Source of the DNA: a virus
Lineage: Duplodnaviria > Heunggongvirae > Uroviricota > Caudoviricetes
Direction: 5' to 3' (one strand)
DNA length: 31,209 nt
Virus record (IMG/VR): IMGVR_UViG_3300029719_000311
Span: 1 to 31,209 of that record
This document shows positions 20,001 to 27,892 of the stretch, piece after piece. The notes below the pieces were generated by a model that worked only from the letters and a program-made list of their open reading frames with translations, was not told the DNA's origin and searched no databases. A program made the position numbers and the translations under genes. Within the stretch, counting starts at the first letter, position 1, and each line of letters starts with the position of its first letter.

Positions 20001-21479
20001 CATTCTGATTGGTCTGGTTGCAAGTTTAATGAAACCCCTGTTGACCGTAAGCAAGTTTTTAAAACTTTCAAATGTAAACTAACTGATCAACAAAAAGACT
20101 TGTATGATGCCACAGATCCTTTCATTTATGATGATAAATGCGAAGGAATTAAATTTGGTCGTGTGGTCGGTAGAAAATCACAGGAAGAAATAAAGGCGAG
20201 CAAGAAATTATTTAAGAATTCATTGTCATACGATCTGTTAAGTGAGTTTGAAAATGAAATAGAGCCATACCTGGATCATAATAATAATCTGCTGGAAACT
20301 GATAAACACTTTGATCTTCGACTAGCTCAACAATTTATATTCAATCGTGTTATAGAGCTTGGTTGGGATCCGGAGAAGCATGGTAATTTTGACCAACAAA
20401 TAGGAACTGGACGTGGACGTAGAGAGGCATTCCAAGAACGGATTGGTAAAAAATACCAATGGATTGCTTATTATGAATACATGGCAAGGCTAGCCGATAA
20501 TTTTACTCGTTTTGAAGGTTATGGTGACGAACGAAAGGAAAATCCATACCAAGGGCCATGGGAGCCTTACGTAAGAGATATAGATCCCACTATCTTACTT
20601 AAAGAAACTGGAACGAAAAAAATAAGCAATAAAGAAATGTGGTGGCTTAATGATGAAGTGTTTGATTGGACTTGCTCTAATGAAGACTGGGTTAAAAGTT
20701 CTACTACTATAACTAATTCATATGCTTTTATTGAAGTTAAAGATGATAATGGTGATGAATGGATAGTATTAGAAAGTCATCCATCATGGAAAGAACCAAA
20801 AATTATTGGAAACGATGATTGGGGGCACCCACGAAAAGAGGTTTGGTATCAGATCAGAAGTTATATCGTTAAAGTTGAAGAATTTGAAAATTTTAGATGT
20901 TGGGCAATAGCTCAAGACTTTATGGGCAGGTGGATGCCGGAATGTACTGATAGATACCAATTATTTAATAGGGAGTACTATTGGTCCGAAGCATTTAAGT
21001 CTTTTAAATCAGATTATTATGGTGGATCTGACTGGACTTCGGTAACAGACCGGGAGTCTGGAGCTAAGATAGCTGATGTTAGTGTCACTTCGATTAATTA
21101 TTTGTGGGAAGAGGAGTTCGACAAATCAAAAATAGAAACTTTGAATTTTTTGAAGCCTAGTAACTTAATCTTTGAAAAGATGGGATTAAAAAGTGGGGAA
21201 GTAGAGGGTAGCTTCAATGATGAAAATGGAACTATGGTTTGCTTTGCAGCTGAAGCTGTATATGCTTCAAAGCCGCATCTACTTGTTAAAAAAGAACCAT
21301 TTTTAACAATGTTAAGGGACAATGGTTTTGAAATCGTTTGGACATTATTAGGTGAAAAGGGCGTTATAGGGGGCTCACTCATATCAAGTCATCATTATGG
21401 TCGACAGGAGTTTAGTGGAGCATTTTATTATGAAGACAGTCAGCTAACAGGAAGTCATAAAACTAGCTTTACGAGATAA
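17025..21479 (+). CDS. Large P-loop NTPase with NACHT/STAND-like motifs (1484 aa); candidate antiphage defence protein
   Basis: Walker A GKAGIGKS (18048..18071), Walker B VLVFIDAINEG (18258..18290), downstream IMSVRTT sensor-1-like motif; about 330-aa N-terminal and about 1050-aa C-terminal helical extensions; low GC versus neighbours; located between tfa and attR. Confidence 0.6.
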   Translation: MEPISITVATYVATKLIDQFISQEGYGCIKKALFPQKRYVDRLYQLIEETAIEFEETYPVESGAIPFYHSEPLFEMLNEHIFFKEFPDKEILLDKFKEYPSITPPTQQQLSLFYEMLSLKINNCSKLKKLHIEETYKEKIFDINEELIQVKLILRSIDEKLTFHLSDDWLNEKNSQAIADLGGRYTPELNVKLEIAEIFDGLGRTNDFSKIFYSHIDSFLVAGKKLHSCDVISSELFEINQSLKEISDIYQEINFSKLDEIPINKFNNYVSSCQTAIGGAVSILWELREKSEQVGETKHYSDKYSSTLRMLREFDYACNELRIFINSTTVKLANNPFLLLEGKAGIGKSHLLADVIKNRIASGYPSLLILGQQLTSDESPWSQIFKRLQLKITSREFLEKLNLYGKKTGKRVLVFIDAINEGNGNKFWNDNINSFVDEIRCFEWLGLIMSVRTTYRNVTISHENVVRNNFEIHEHIGFQNVELEAVSLFYDYYNIERPSSPNLNPEFKNPLFLKLLCEGIKKNGLTKVPVGFNGISNIFNFLVEGVNKSLASPRKYAFDPSFPLVKDALNEIIKFKLEIGRNSISLKDAHSVVQSVVNDYVADKTFLSALIDEGLLTKGIVRNDDNSTEEVVYVAFERFDDHLTVNFLLNDVENIESEFKPDGRLKKYFHDECDFYIKSGIVEALSIQLPERYEKELYEFLPEFSNNLKLLEAFIDSLIWRDIKAIDFEKIRPFINEHVFKFKDSFDHFLEAVISISGLVGHPFNANFLHDWLKDYSLANRDSFWTTELKYKYSEDSAFRHLIDWAWARTDKSFVSDESIELVATSLCWFLTSSNRELRDCSTKALVSLLEPRIPVLRKIIDKFYGVNDPYVWERIFAVALGCTLRTDNIKELKYLAETVYQKVFCSKYVYPNILLRDYAREIIEFANHLGLELESIELSKTRPPYNSIWPDKIPSKEELESLYDKEPYRELWSSIMEDGDFSRYTIGTNYNHSDWSGCKFNETPVDRKQVFKTFKCKLTDQQKDLYDATDPFIYDDKCEGIKFGRVVGRKSQEEIKASKKLFKNSLSYDLLSEFENEIEPYLDHNNNLLETDKHFDLRLAQQFIFNRVIELGWDPEKHGNFDQQIGTGRGRREAFQERIGKKYQWIAYYEYMARLADNFTRFEGYGDERKENPYQGPWEPYVRDIDPTILLKETGTKKISNKEMWWLNDEVFDWTCSNEDWVKSSTTITNSYAFIEVKDDNGDEWIVLESHPSWKEPKIIGNDDWGHPRKEVWYQIRSYIVKVEEFENFRCWAIAQDFMGRWMPECTDRYQLFNREYYWSEAFKSFKSDYYGGSDWTSVTDRESGAKIADVSVTSINYLWEEEFDKSKIETLNFLKPSNLIFEKMGLKSGEVEGSFNDENGTMVCFAAEAVYASKPHLLVKKEPFLTMLRDNGFEIVWTLLGEKGVIGGSLISSHHYGRQEFSGAFYYEDSQLTGSHKTSFTR

Positions 21480-21862
21480 AAATGAATCTCAGAGCTGAAT
21501 ATATAAGTAGTATTAGAAACCGGGTTATACTTAAGAAATCAATCTTAAGTGTGGCAGTCGAATGGTAGCTAATATGCTAGCGGCGCTAATGCCTGTTTGT
21601 TGCTCATAACAGGCATTCACTTTAGTTATGGCAGAAAAGTATACATGCTGGGTTGGGAAAGTGTGAAAGAAAGGAAGATTGCTGCGCCGTTTGTCGTCAC
21701 GTTTATCTTCATTGGCTATGCAAGTCGTAATAAAAGGTGGGACAAAACTGAGACACATAAAGCCTCGCAATGGCTTGCAAGGCTTTACATGTTTTGATGT
21801 GGTGGGACGTGTGAGCGCAGTGTTGATGGGGTAATGCTTTGAATTAGAAGCGGATTCTTATA

Positions 21863-21909
21863 ATTCGTAATGCGAAGGTCGTAGGTTCGACTCCTATTAT
21901 CGGCACCAT
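21863..21909. repeat. att core, right copy (attR of element 1 / attL of element 2)
   Basis: 47 bp identical to 1399..1445 (partial thrW 3' end ATTCGTAATGCGAAGGTCGTAGGTTCGACTCCTATTATCGGCACCAT). Confidence 0.9.
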
Positions 21910-22072
21910 CACCTAGTTTTCCCAAGTCAACCCACATCAACAAAATCATTTAAAAACATATATATTACGTTGTTTTCATACGTTTGAGGTCAACCCTTGT
22001 CTCTTGAAATCAACACGCGGTTGGGGGCACAATCAGGGGCATGTTCTGTTCGATCTAGGAAATGTGCCCCCA

Positions 22073-23263
22073 ATGATGCTGAATGCCCGCAAGGTTGAAG
22101 CTGCGAAAGGAAAAGAGAAGAGCTACAAGCTGTTTGATGGAGGTGGCCTATACCTTCAGGTCGAACCTAATGGCTCGCGTTACTGGCGTATGAAATACCG
22201 TTTTGCTGGTAAAGAGAAACGATTGTCCTTTGGTGTTTATCCAACAGTCACACTTGCTGATGCCAGACAAAAACGAGAAGACGCGAAGAAACTACTCGCA
22301 GCAGGTGAAGATCCCGGCGAAGTCAAAAAAGCCAAAAAGCAGGCTTTAAATGCAGCGAGTGAGACACTTAACCCATTCAGAGAAGTGGCGTTAGAGTGGC
22401 ACAAAATGAAATCACCCAAATGGTCTGAGGGCTATGCTTCCGACATCATTGAGGCATTCGAGAAAGACATTTTCCCGCATATTGGGCACAGACCTATAGC
22501 TGATATTCAGCCCCTTGAACTGCTTGAAGTTCTGAGGTTGATAGAAGCTCGAGGCGCTATGGAGAAAGCGAAGAAAGTCCGTCAGCGATGCGGTGAAGTT
22601 TTTCGCTATGCCATCGTAACGGGTAGGGCAATCTACAATCCGGCACCGGATCTTGCCAGTGCGATGCAAGGACATGAAGCAGTCCACTATCCATTCCTCA
22701 AAGCCAACGAACTACCGGAGTTCTTTAATGCCCTTAATTCTTATTCAGGAAGTCCAATTGTATTGTTGGGGGCGCATTTACTTATCCTGACAGGTCTACG
22801 AACTGGAGAACTACGAGCAGGTGAGTGGCGAGAGGTGGATTTTGATAATGCGGTGTGGGAGATCCCAAAAGAACGTATGAAAATGCGTAGGAGCCATATT
22901 GTCCCGTTGTCAAAACAAGCATTATCCCATCTCAAAAGTTTGAAAGAACTAACTGGGAACTACCCGCTGATGTTCCCTGGACGCAACGATCCCAGCAAAT
23001 TTATGAGTGAAGCAAGCATTAATCAGGTGTTTAAACGTATTGGATATGCAGGGCGTGTTACGGGGCATGGTTTCAGGCATACGATGAGTACAATCCTACA
23101 TGAGAAAGGATTTAACAGCGCTTGGATTGAAACCCAGCTTGCTCATTCGGACAAAAACTCTATTCGTGGAATTTATAACCATGCCCAATATCTCGAAGGG
23201 AGAAGAGAAATGATGCAATGGTATGCTAATTATTTATCTGAGCAAATTGGTACTCATAAATGA
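22073..23263 (+). CDS. Tyrosine integrase, P4-type
   Basis: ...KEKSYKLFDGGGLYLQVEPNGSRYWRMKYRFAGKEKRLSFGVYPTVTLADARQKREDAKKLL... N-terminal arm-binding pattern of P4-family integrases; C-terminal ...GHGFRHTMSTILHE... catalytic region; true start probably ATG at 22073/22076 rather than ORF start 22004. Confidence 0.9.
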   Translation: MMLNARKVEAAKGKEKSYKLFDGGGLYLQVEPNGSRYWRMKYRFAGKEKRLSFGVYPTVTLADARQKREDAKKLLAAGEDPGEVKKAKKQALNAASETLNPFREVALEWHKMKSPKWSEGYASDIIEAFEKDIFPHIGHRPIADIQPLELLEVLRLIEARGAMEKAKKVRQRCGEVFRYAIVTGRAIYNPAPDLASAMQGHEAVHYPFLKANELPEFFNALNSYSGSPIVLLGAHLLILTGLRTGELRAGEWREVDFDNAVWEIPKERMKMRRSHIVPLSKQALSHLKSLKELTGNYPLMFPGRNDPSKFMSEASINQVFKRIGYAGRVTGHGFRHTMSTILHEKGFNSAWIETQLAHSDKNSIRGIYNHAQYLEGRREMMQWYANYLSEQIGTHK

Positions 23264-24084
23264 ATATTTTAAAAATTAATAATACTGATTCTCTGCTCAG
23301 AGATTACTACCAGTTGGATGAAGCTTCAGAAAAAATTGGTTGTAGTGAAAAGGATATACTCTGGTTTGCCAGAGAACGAGATGTAGAGCTATGCATGGAA
23401 TTCCATGATGATGAGTATGATGTTTCATGTGGTTTGAAGATTGATGGTCAAATAGATGAGTTCTTATCTAATCTGAAATATTTACCACGAGATAGAAATG
23501 GCAATATTATGTTGTCAGACTTAAGTTCTATAAGAATCCCTGATGAAGATAATTTAATTGATAAAAATGGTTTTATTCGATGCTTCATATCCGGTTTATG
23601 GGCTGTTGATTATGAATATAAAGATCTGTTAGTTAAGCATGAGGGGCAACCGGATTCCTGGCCTATTCATTTTCTACTGGCGGGTACGCCTAATATAAAT
23701 TGTAAGGTAATTCTTTATGTAAATTATGATGAAAAAGAAAATTATTATCTTTTTGAGGTTTTGTGGATTACAAAGGTACAGATTCAAAAATTCATTGATA
23801 TAGTCTTATGCGAACAAAAGCGGATAAAAAACGCCAATAAATATAAATCACAATCTGAGGCGCAAAAACAAAAACATGCTGTTCCTCGAGCTGAAATACT
23901 CATGGCTATTATTTCGCTCTATCATCGTGATATGAGGCTAAGAAGAGAGAGTCCAGCAGCGATAGCTGATTATCTTTTTCAACATGCCAGTGAGTTCTGG
24001 CCTAAGACCGGAGAACCGCCTTTGAGCTATGATACTGTTGTTAGTTTGCTACGTAGTTGCATGAAAAACATTAAGTTTAACTAA
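23260..24084 (+). CDS. Hypothetical low-GC cargo protein (274 aa), translationally coupled to integrase
   Basis: ATGA overlap with int stop; strongly AT-rich relative to int; no recognisable motifs. Confidence 0.5.
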   Translation: MNILKINNTDSLLRDYYQLDEASEKIGCSEKDILWFARERDVELCMEFHDDEYDVSCGLKIDGQIDEFLSNLKYLPRDRNGNIMLSDLSSIRIPDEDNLIDKNGFIRCFISGLWAVDYEYKDLLVKHEGQPDSWPIHFLLAGTPNINCKVILYVNYDEKENYYLFEVLWITKVQIQKFIDIVLCEQKRIKNANKYKSQSEAQKQKHAVPRAEILMAIISLYHRDMRLRRESPAAIADYLFQHASEFWPKTGEPPLSYDTVVSLLRSCMKNIKFN

Positions 24085-24209
24085 ATATTAACAATTGTTG
24101 TGGCTAATGATTTTGAATTTTTTTCATTAGTCACATTTTTCTCATTTATAACCTATGTTTTAATTTTCCGTGTTGAAGCCAATAGACTTAGATAAACGGA
24201 GAATGATGA

Positions 24210-24500
24210 ATGTTATCTAAACATGATAATACTACTTTGCAACGACCTTCAATGGATTCTCTGATCGATATGAAGTTTATTACTTCCGATTGTTTATTAA
24301 GTGATAAATGGATTTATCGATTGATTTCTCTGAATCGCTTTCCAAAACCTATAAAAATAGGTCGGATGTCACGATGGCGCGCTGCTGATTATTATAAGTG
24401 GCGAGATGGGTTTGAAGAAAACTCAGGTCAACAGTTTGAGGGGATGAGAAATAAGGCAAGAGCAATTAATAAAGGGAATAGATTATCACCTACTCCCTAA
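24210..24500 (+). CDS. AlpA-family phage regulatory protein (Vis/excisionase-like)
   Basis: ...LISLNRFPKPIKIGRMSRWRAADYYKWRDGF... fits the AlpA pattern (FPKP.K.G..S.W); GGAGA RBS 8 nt upstream. Confidence 0.55.
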   Translation: MLSKHDNTTLQRPSMDSLIDMKFITSDCLLSDKWIYRLISLNRFPKPIKIGRMSRWRAADYYKWRDGFEENSGQQFEGMRNKARAINKGNRLSPTP

Positions 24501-24706
24501 GCCTTAATTGATAGTTAGTAATATTTAACTGATTAGCCTTTAGGGTCAATCCCGCGTGATTGGAGTTCTTTGCGTAAAATTCTTTTAATCCAAGTTGCCA
24601 ACGCGCTATCTCCATCTTTGCGCATTTCGTTTTCGAGTTGCAACCTAAAATCGTCGGTAAGACGCATTTGGAATGGTGGAGAACGTTTCTCTTGTGGTGT
24701 TGACAT
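24491..24706 (-). CDS. Putative Arc/Mnt-like ribbon-helix-helix regulator (71 aa); not in the supplied ORF track
   Basis: Hand-translated minus-strand ORF MSTPQEKRSPPFQMRLTDDFRLQLENEMRKDGDSALATWIKRILRKEL...; PPFQMRLTDD resembles the Arc N-terminal beta-strand; start codon lies within one of two GGTAATTACC palindromes. Confidence 0.4.
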
Positions 24707-24746
24707 GGTAATTACCCTAGAATATGATGACTACATGGTAATTACC
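24707..24746. promoter_or_regulatory. Two 10-bp palindromes GGTAATTACC spaced 30 bp apart (candidate operators)
   Basis: CATGGTAATTACC repeated at 24704..24716 and 24734..24746, overlapping the RHH gene start. Confidence 0.4.
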
Positions 24747-24837
24747 ATTGTAAGTATAGTTCGCTTGTAAAAGCAATGCCCGATTGTGCGGGAACACAAA
24801 TCGGGCATTTAACCAACCGTTATAAGAGGTAACGAAG

Positions 24838-25014
24838 ATGGCTAAACAGAAGTGTACCTGGTTATTTGCGGCGATCAACCGCAGTCAACGCAATGCCCGT
24901 CCTGTGATGTTAAGGATCACCGCAGATAACGAGCGGTCAGCGCGGCGCAGACTTGCCCCGGACTATGTACTGAGCTTTGCCGGGCGCATTCCCTGCGGAG
25001 GTGAACATGCGTAA
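24838..25014 (+). CDS. Small protein (58 aa), Icd-like position in a P4-like element
   Basis: Hand-translated MAKQKCTWLFAAINRSQRNARPVMLRITADNERSARRRLAPDYVLSFAGRIPCGGEHA; AAGAGG RBS; overlaps the next gene start by 8 nt. Confidence 0.4.
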   Translation: MAKQKCTWLFAAINRSQRNARPVMLRITADNERSARRRLAPDYVLSFAGRIPCGGEHA

Positions 25015-25366
25015 TTATCCGCATCCCGGCGAACGCTGGCAGCATGAACGTGGCTGGACGGTCACGATTATCCGATTAATAGAAGCCTCGCCCTCTGTGG
25101 CGCTGGTTAATCCTGAATTCAGCTGTGAAGTGCTGATACGTCATGACAGCGACAACCAGCTTTCTTCCTGCCCTCTGGCATGGTTTGAACAGCGATATAC
25201 GCGCCTGTTTGATGTACCGCTCTTTAAGCCTGCACCAGCTCCTGCAGGCGGTAGTGGTTCCGGCCCGCTGACACTGCATCCGTCTGTGCTATTTATCCGC
25301 TGGCGGGAGCGTAGCATATGGCGTTCTGCTGAGCCTGATGACGGTCACTATTCAAAGTTTCTCTGA
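25007..25366 (+). CDS. Hypothetical protein (119 aa)
   Basis: ATG preceded by GGAGG at 6-nt spacing; GC-rich; function unknown. Confidence 0.45.
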   Translation: MRNYPHPGERWQHERGWTVTIIRLIEASPSVALVNPEFSCEVLIRHDSDNQLSSCPLAWFEQRYTRLFDVPLFKPAPAPAGGSGSGPLTLHPSVLFIRWRERSIWRSAEPDDGHYSKFL

Positions 25367-25602
25367 CACAATACCGCTGAAAACGGAGTAATCCACGATG
25401 AATATTTCAAACGGGCACAACGGTGCTCAGGGCCACACTTTGCCTGAAAAACACAATACCTGCTGCCCTCCACTGATGGCAAACTCCAGACAACCATTCG
25501 CCCGCCAGAGATGAATCCCCGCAGGCTCTATGTCTTCAACAGCGAGGTGCCGGGTTAAGGCTTTGCGTGAGTCTTATTTATTAAGGGTAACAGGTGAAAC
25601 AG

Positions 25603-25780
25603 GTGGAACAACCGTATTTTACAGGGCTGAACCTGTTCCACCTTCTGAAATAGTGAGGTGGAACAGATGTAACGCCAGCCAATCCGCTGTTCCACCTTGT
25701 TACCCGCGATGTTTCACCGGTGCAGTGTATATAAATGTCTTATAAAACAAAGCTGTAACACATGTTTCACCTGTTCCACC
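25603..25780. repeat. Iteron cluster TGTT(C/T)CACC in both orientations (P4 ori/crr-like)
   Basis: About 8 copies (25603, 25612, 25633, 25657, 25688, 25710, 25763, 25772) flanking an AT-rich core; P4 ori/crr use TGTTCACC octamers bound by the alpha primase. Confidence 0.55.
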
Positions 25781-25868
25781 GCATCAGGGACATAAAGCAG
25801 ACTGAAACAGAGGGCATTTTTATCTGGCTGGCTTTCATAGCCACGTCTGAATAACCGCAAGCGCCCGT

Positions 25869-25924
25869 TGTGCCAGCCACCACACACTGAACACCGATAG
25901 TGTGCTTGTGTCAGCCACGACACA
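25869..25924 (+). promoter_or_regulatory. Candidate Ogr/Delta-activated late promoter (two TGT-N12-ACA dyads)
   Basis: TGTGCCAGCCACCACACA at 25869..25886 and TGTGTCAGCCACGACACA at 25907..25924, 35-90 bp upstream of the sid-like ATG. Confidence 0.4.
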
Positions 25925-25958
25925 ATTGACGTAACGAACCAACCCGACAGGAGAAGTC

Positions 25959-26702
25959 ATGAACAATACCGCAGTAAATAACAACCTTTCCACTTTTCCG
26001 GCTGTAACGCAGCGGGCACTGGAAACCATGAACACAGCCAGAAACGCATGGCTTGAAGCACGTCGTCAGCAGAAAGCGGCAGCGGATAATATTGCGACAA
26101 TCCGCCAGCGTCGCGCTGAAATGGAAGCCACGACGAACACACTGAATGAGGAGTGGCGCACGCTGTTTCGTGAAAGTCAGGGCGTGGTCTCAAAGGAAAT
26201 GAAAAAACTGCGCACGGAAATTGCGCTGGGACGAGAAACGCTTGAGGATTTTGATGAGCTGCTGGCGGCTCAGGAAAGCGAAAATGCACTTTTGCCGCAG
26301 AAAGCTGCAGAATTAGCCGGAAAGTATATCCACGCGCATAACATTCTTGTGGATATTCGCGCAAAACAAATCTGGGAGGATTTTATGCAGTCGCATGGAA
26401 AAGCGCTTATTCAGACGCTGAGCCTGCTTAAATCCACAATGGGCCGGGAAGCCAGTGCCGTTGTGGGTGTGGTGAATTCAGTTAATGACCCGGACACAGT
26501 GCTGAAAGACTTTATTCATAAACATATCACCAGACCGGCTCTGGCTAACGATGCGATGCCTGAGCAGGACCCGGTGTTTAAACTGGCGGGAGTTGCCCCG
26601 GATTATGCGGCGCGTCTGGATTTCAGTAATCAACTCTCTCCGGCAGCTATGCATAAAATTAAGGTTCGTCAGGAACTTGCTGAGAAGGAGAAAGCAGTAT
26701 GA
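25959..26702 (+). CDS. Sid-like capsid size determination protein (247 aa)
   Basis: Helical 247-aa protein (P4 Sid is 244 aa), first gene of the operon ending in an ogr/delta gene; AGGAG RBS. Confidence 0.5.
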   Translation: MNNTAVNNNLSTFPAVTQRALETMNTARNAWLEARRQQKAAADNIATIRQRRAEMEATTNTLNEEWRTLFRESQGVVSKEMKKLRTEIALGRETLEDFDELLAAQESENALLPQKAAELAGKYIHAHNILVDIRAKQIWEDFMQSHGKALIQTLSLLKSTMGREASAVVGVVNSVNDPDTVLKDFIHKHITRPALANDAMPEQDPVFKLAGVAPDYAARLDFSNQLSPAAMHKIKVRQELAEKEKAV

Positions 26703-27250
26703 CGGCCCGAGGCACGCCTGACCAGGCACTTACCAGTTTTCGGAATGCCCGCATTCTGTGGGCCGGACATAATGAGAGCCGAAAAGCCGTTGAACAACAG
26801 ATAACATCTCTCCTCGCTGCCACAGAAAAACCAGCAGATTATGCCCGACAGCTCGAATTACTGCGGGAACGTCTGGATGTGCTGAAATGGCAAATTAACT
26901 GTGCTGCGCGCGAATGCATTTACTCGCAGCATTTACTGATGGAGGCCTGCACAGAAGCCGCTCTCAGCAATTTTATGCAGGCGAATGGGGCAGCCCTGAC
27001 ATCTGCACTGGCTCCGTTCCTGAAGGGGCGCGGAGGGGTTGACGTTGCGTCCCGTATATTACGCAGTGCTCTGGTTCGCCAGCTGGCAATAACACCGCCT
27101 GAAATTGCTGGGGATTATCGTGAGATCCTGGATGAATCCGGTTTGATGCCTGACCCCGGGATGATTCGTGATTGCCAGGGTTCTTACACCCCGGCACAAC
27201 ATCTGCGTTTTCAGCAACGCCTGAATGACATTAACGATATACAGGAGTGA
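26699..27250 (+). CDS. Psu-like polarity suppression protein (183 aa)
   Basis: ATGA coupling to sid-like gene; size and operon position match P4 psu (190 aa). Confidence 0.5.
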   Translation: MTARGTPDQALTSFRNARILWAGHNESRKAVEQQITSLLAATEKPADYARQLELLRERLDVLKWQINCAARECIYSQHLLMEACTEAALSNFMQANGAALTSALAPFLKGRGGVDVASRILRSALVRQLAITPPEIAGDYREILDESGLMPDPGMIRDCQGSYTPAQHLRFQQRLNDINDIQE

Positions 27251-27255
27251 TATTA

Positions 27256-27528
27256 ATGGCACTTAAATGTCCGGAATGCGGTACAGTTGCACACGCCAGA
27301 ACAGCAGCCTATGAAGCTCCGTCAGTTAAACGCTCGTGGTATCAGTGCCAGAATCTGGAATGTTCCTGCACATTTACGGCACTGGAGAGTGTGGATAAGA
27401 TAATCATGAAACCCCGGCGCAATGAACAGGAACCAGACAAATCACAACCCCCGGTAAAACAACAGCAAACGCTCAATCGCTATGGCTCCGCGTCAAAACT
27501 GTCAAGCCGTCAGCAGATTCCTGTCTGA
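27256..27528 (+). CDS. Ogr/Delta-family zinc-finger late transcription activator
   Basis: MALKCPECGTVAHARTAAYEAPSVKRSWYQCQNLECSCTFTALESV matches the Ogr pattern C-P-x-C-x4-HART...Y-x-C-Q-N-x-x-C-S-x-T-F; start at ATG after AGGAG rather than track GTG at 27247. Confidence 0.85.
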   Translation: MALKCPECGTVAHARTAAYEAPSVKRSWYQCQNLECSCTFTALESVDKIIMKPRRNEQEPDKSQPPVKQQQTLNRYGSASKLSSRQQIPV

Positions 27529-27549
27529 TTAGAAAAAAACGCCCACGTA

Positions 27550-27575
27550 ATCCCGGTCGAGTACCGGGATTTTTA
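27550..27575 (+). terminator. Rho-independent terminator after the delta gene
   Basis: ATCCCGGT-CGAGT-ACCGGGAT hairpin followed by TTTT. Confidence 0.6.
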
Positions 27576-27863
27576 ACACCTTTTCCCTGGCTGGCCTGAG
27601 AGCGTATGAGTGCATGTCTATGGCGCATGAAAATGCATGAGTCTTATGCACCCTTTTTGAGGCGAAAACCTTTGTGTGGTGGTATCTGAGACGATTTATG
27701 GCATGCATGAAAACCAGTCTGTTAAGCGAAGCGGGCAGGCGTGCGGGGCTGCCCGCGTAAGGGCGTTGAATGGTATAACTATGGCACGGTTACCGCATGT
27801 TTTGAGCTGTAATCGAAGTTATGAAAATTACTATATAAAGCGGTCGCTGTTGTGGAGATACGA

Positions 27864-27892
27864 TTGCGGGAAGTGATGGAAAGAGCTATAAA
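27864..27892 (+). promoter_or_regulatory. Candidate sigma70 promoter for the RT operon
   Basis: TTGCGG-N17-TATAAA about 30 bp upstream of the RT1 ATG. Confidence 0.3.

Larger units (their letters stand above)
1445..21909. mobile_element. Defective lambdoid prophage with P22-type integration module, inserted in thrW (about 20.4 kb)
   Basis: Bounded by 47-bp direct repeats of the tRNA 3' end; gene order int-xis-early genes-cI/cro-replication-rusA-(late genes deleted)-J fragment-lom-stf-tfa-cargo; no Q, lysis, terminase or capsid genes present. Confidence 0.8.

Noticed and set aside
24570-24770. 66-aa TTG-start plus-strand ORF
   Set aside because: Overlaps the better-supported minus-strand RHH ORF and the palindromic operators; poor start context
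25530-25745. 71-aa plus-strand ORF across the iteron cluster
   Set aside because: Sequence is dominated by repeated TGTTYCACC motifs in both orientations and an AT-rich core, consistent with an origin rather than a gene
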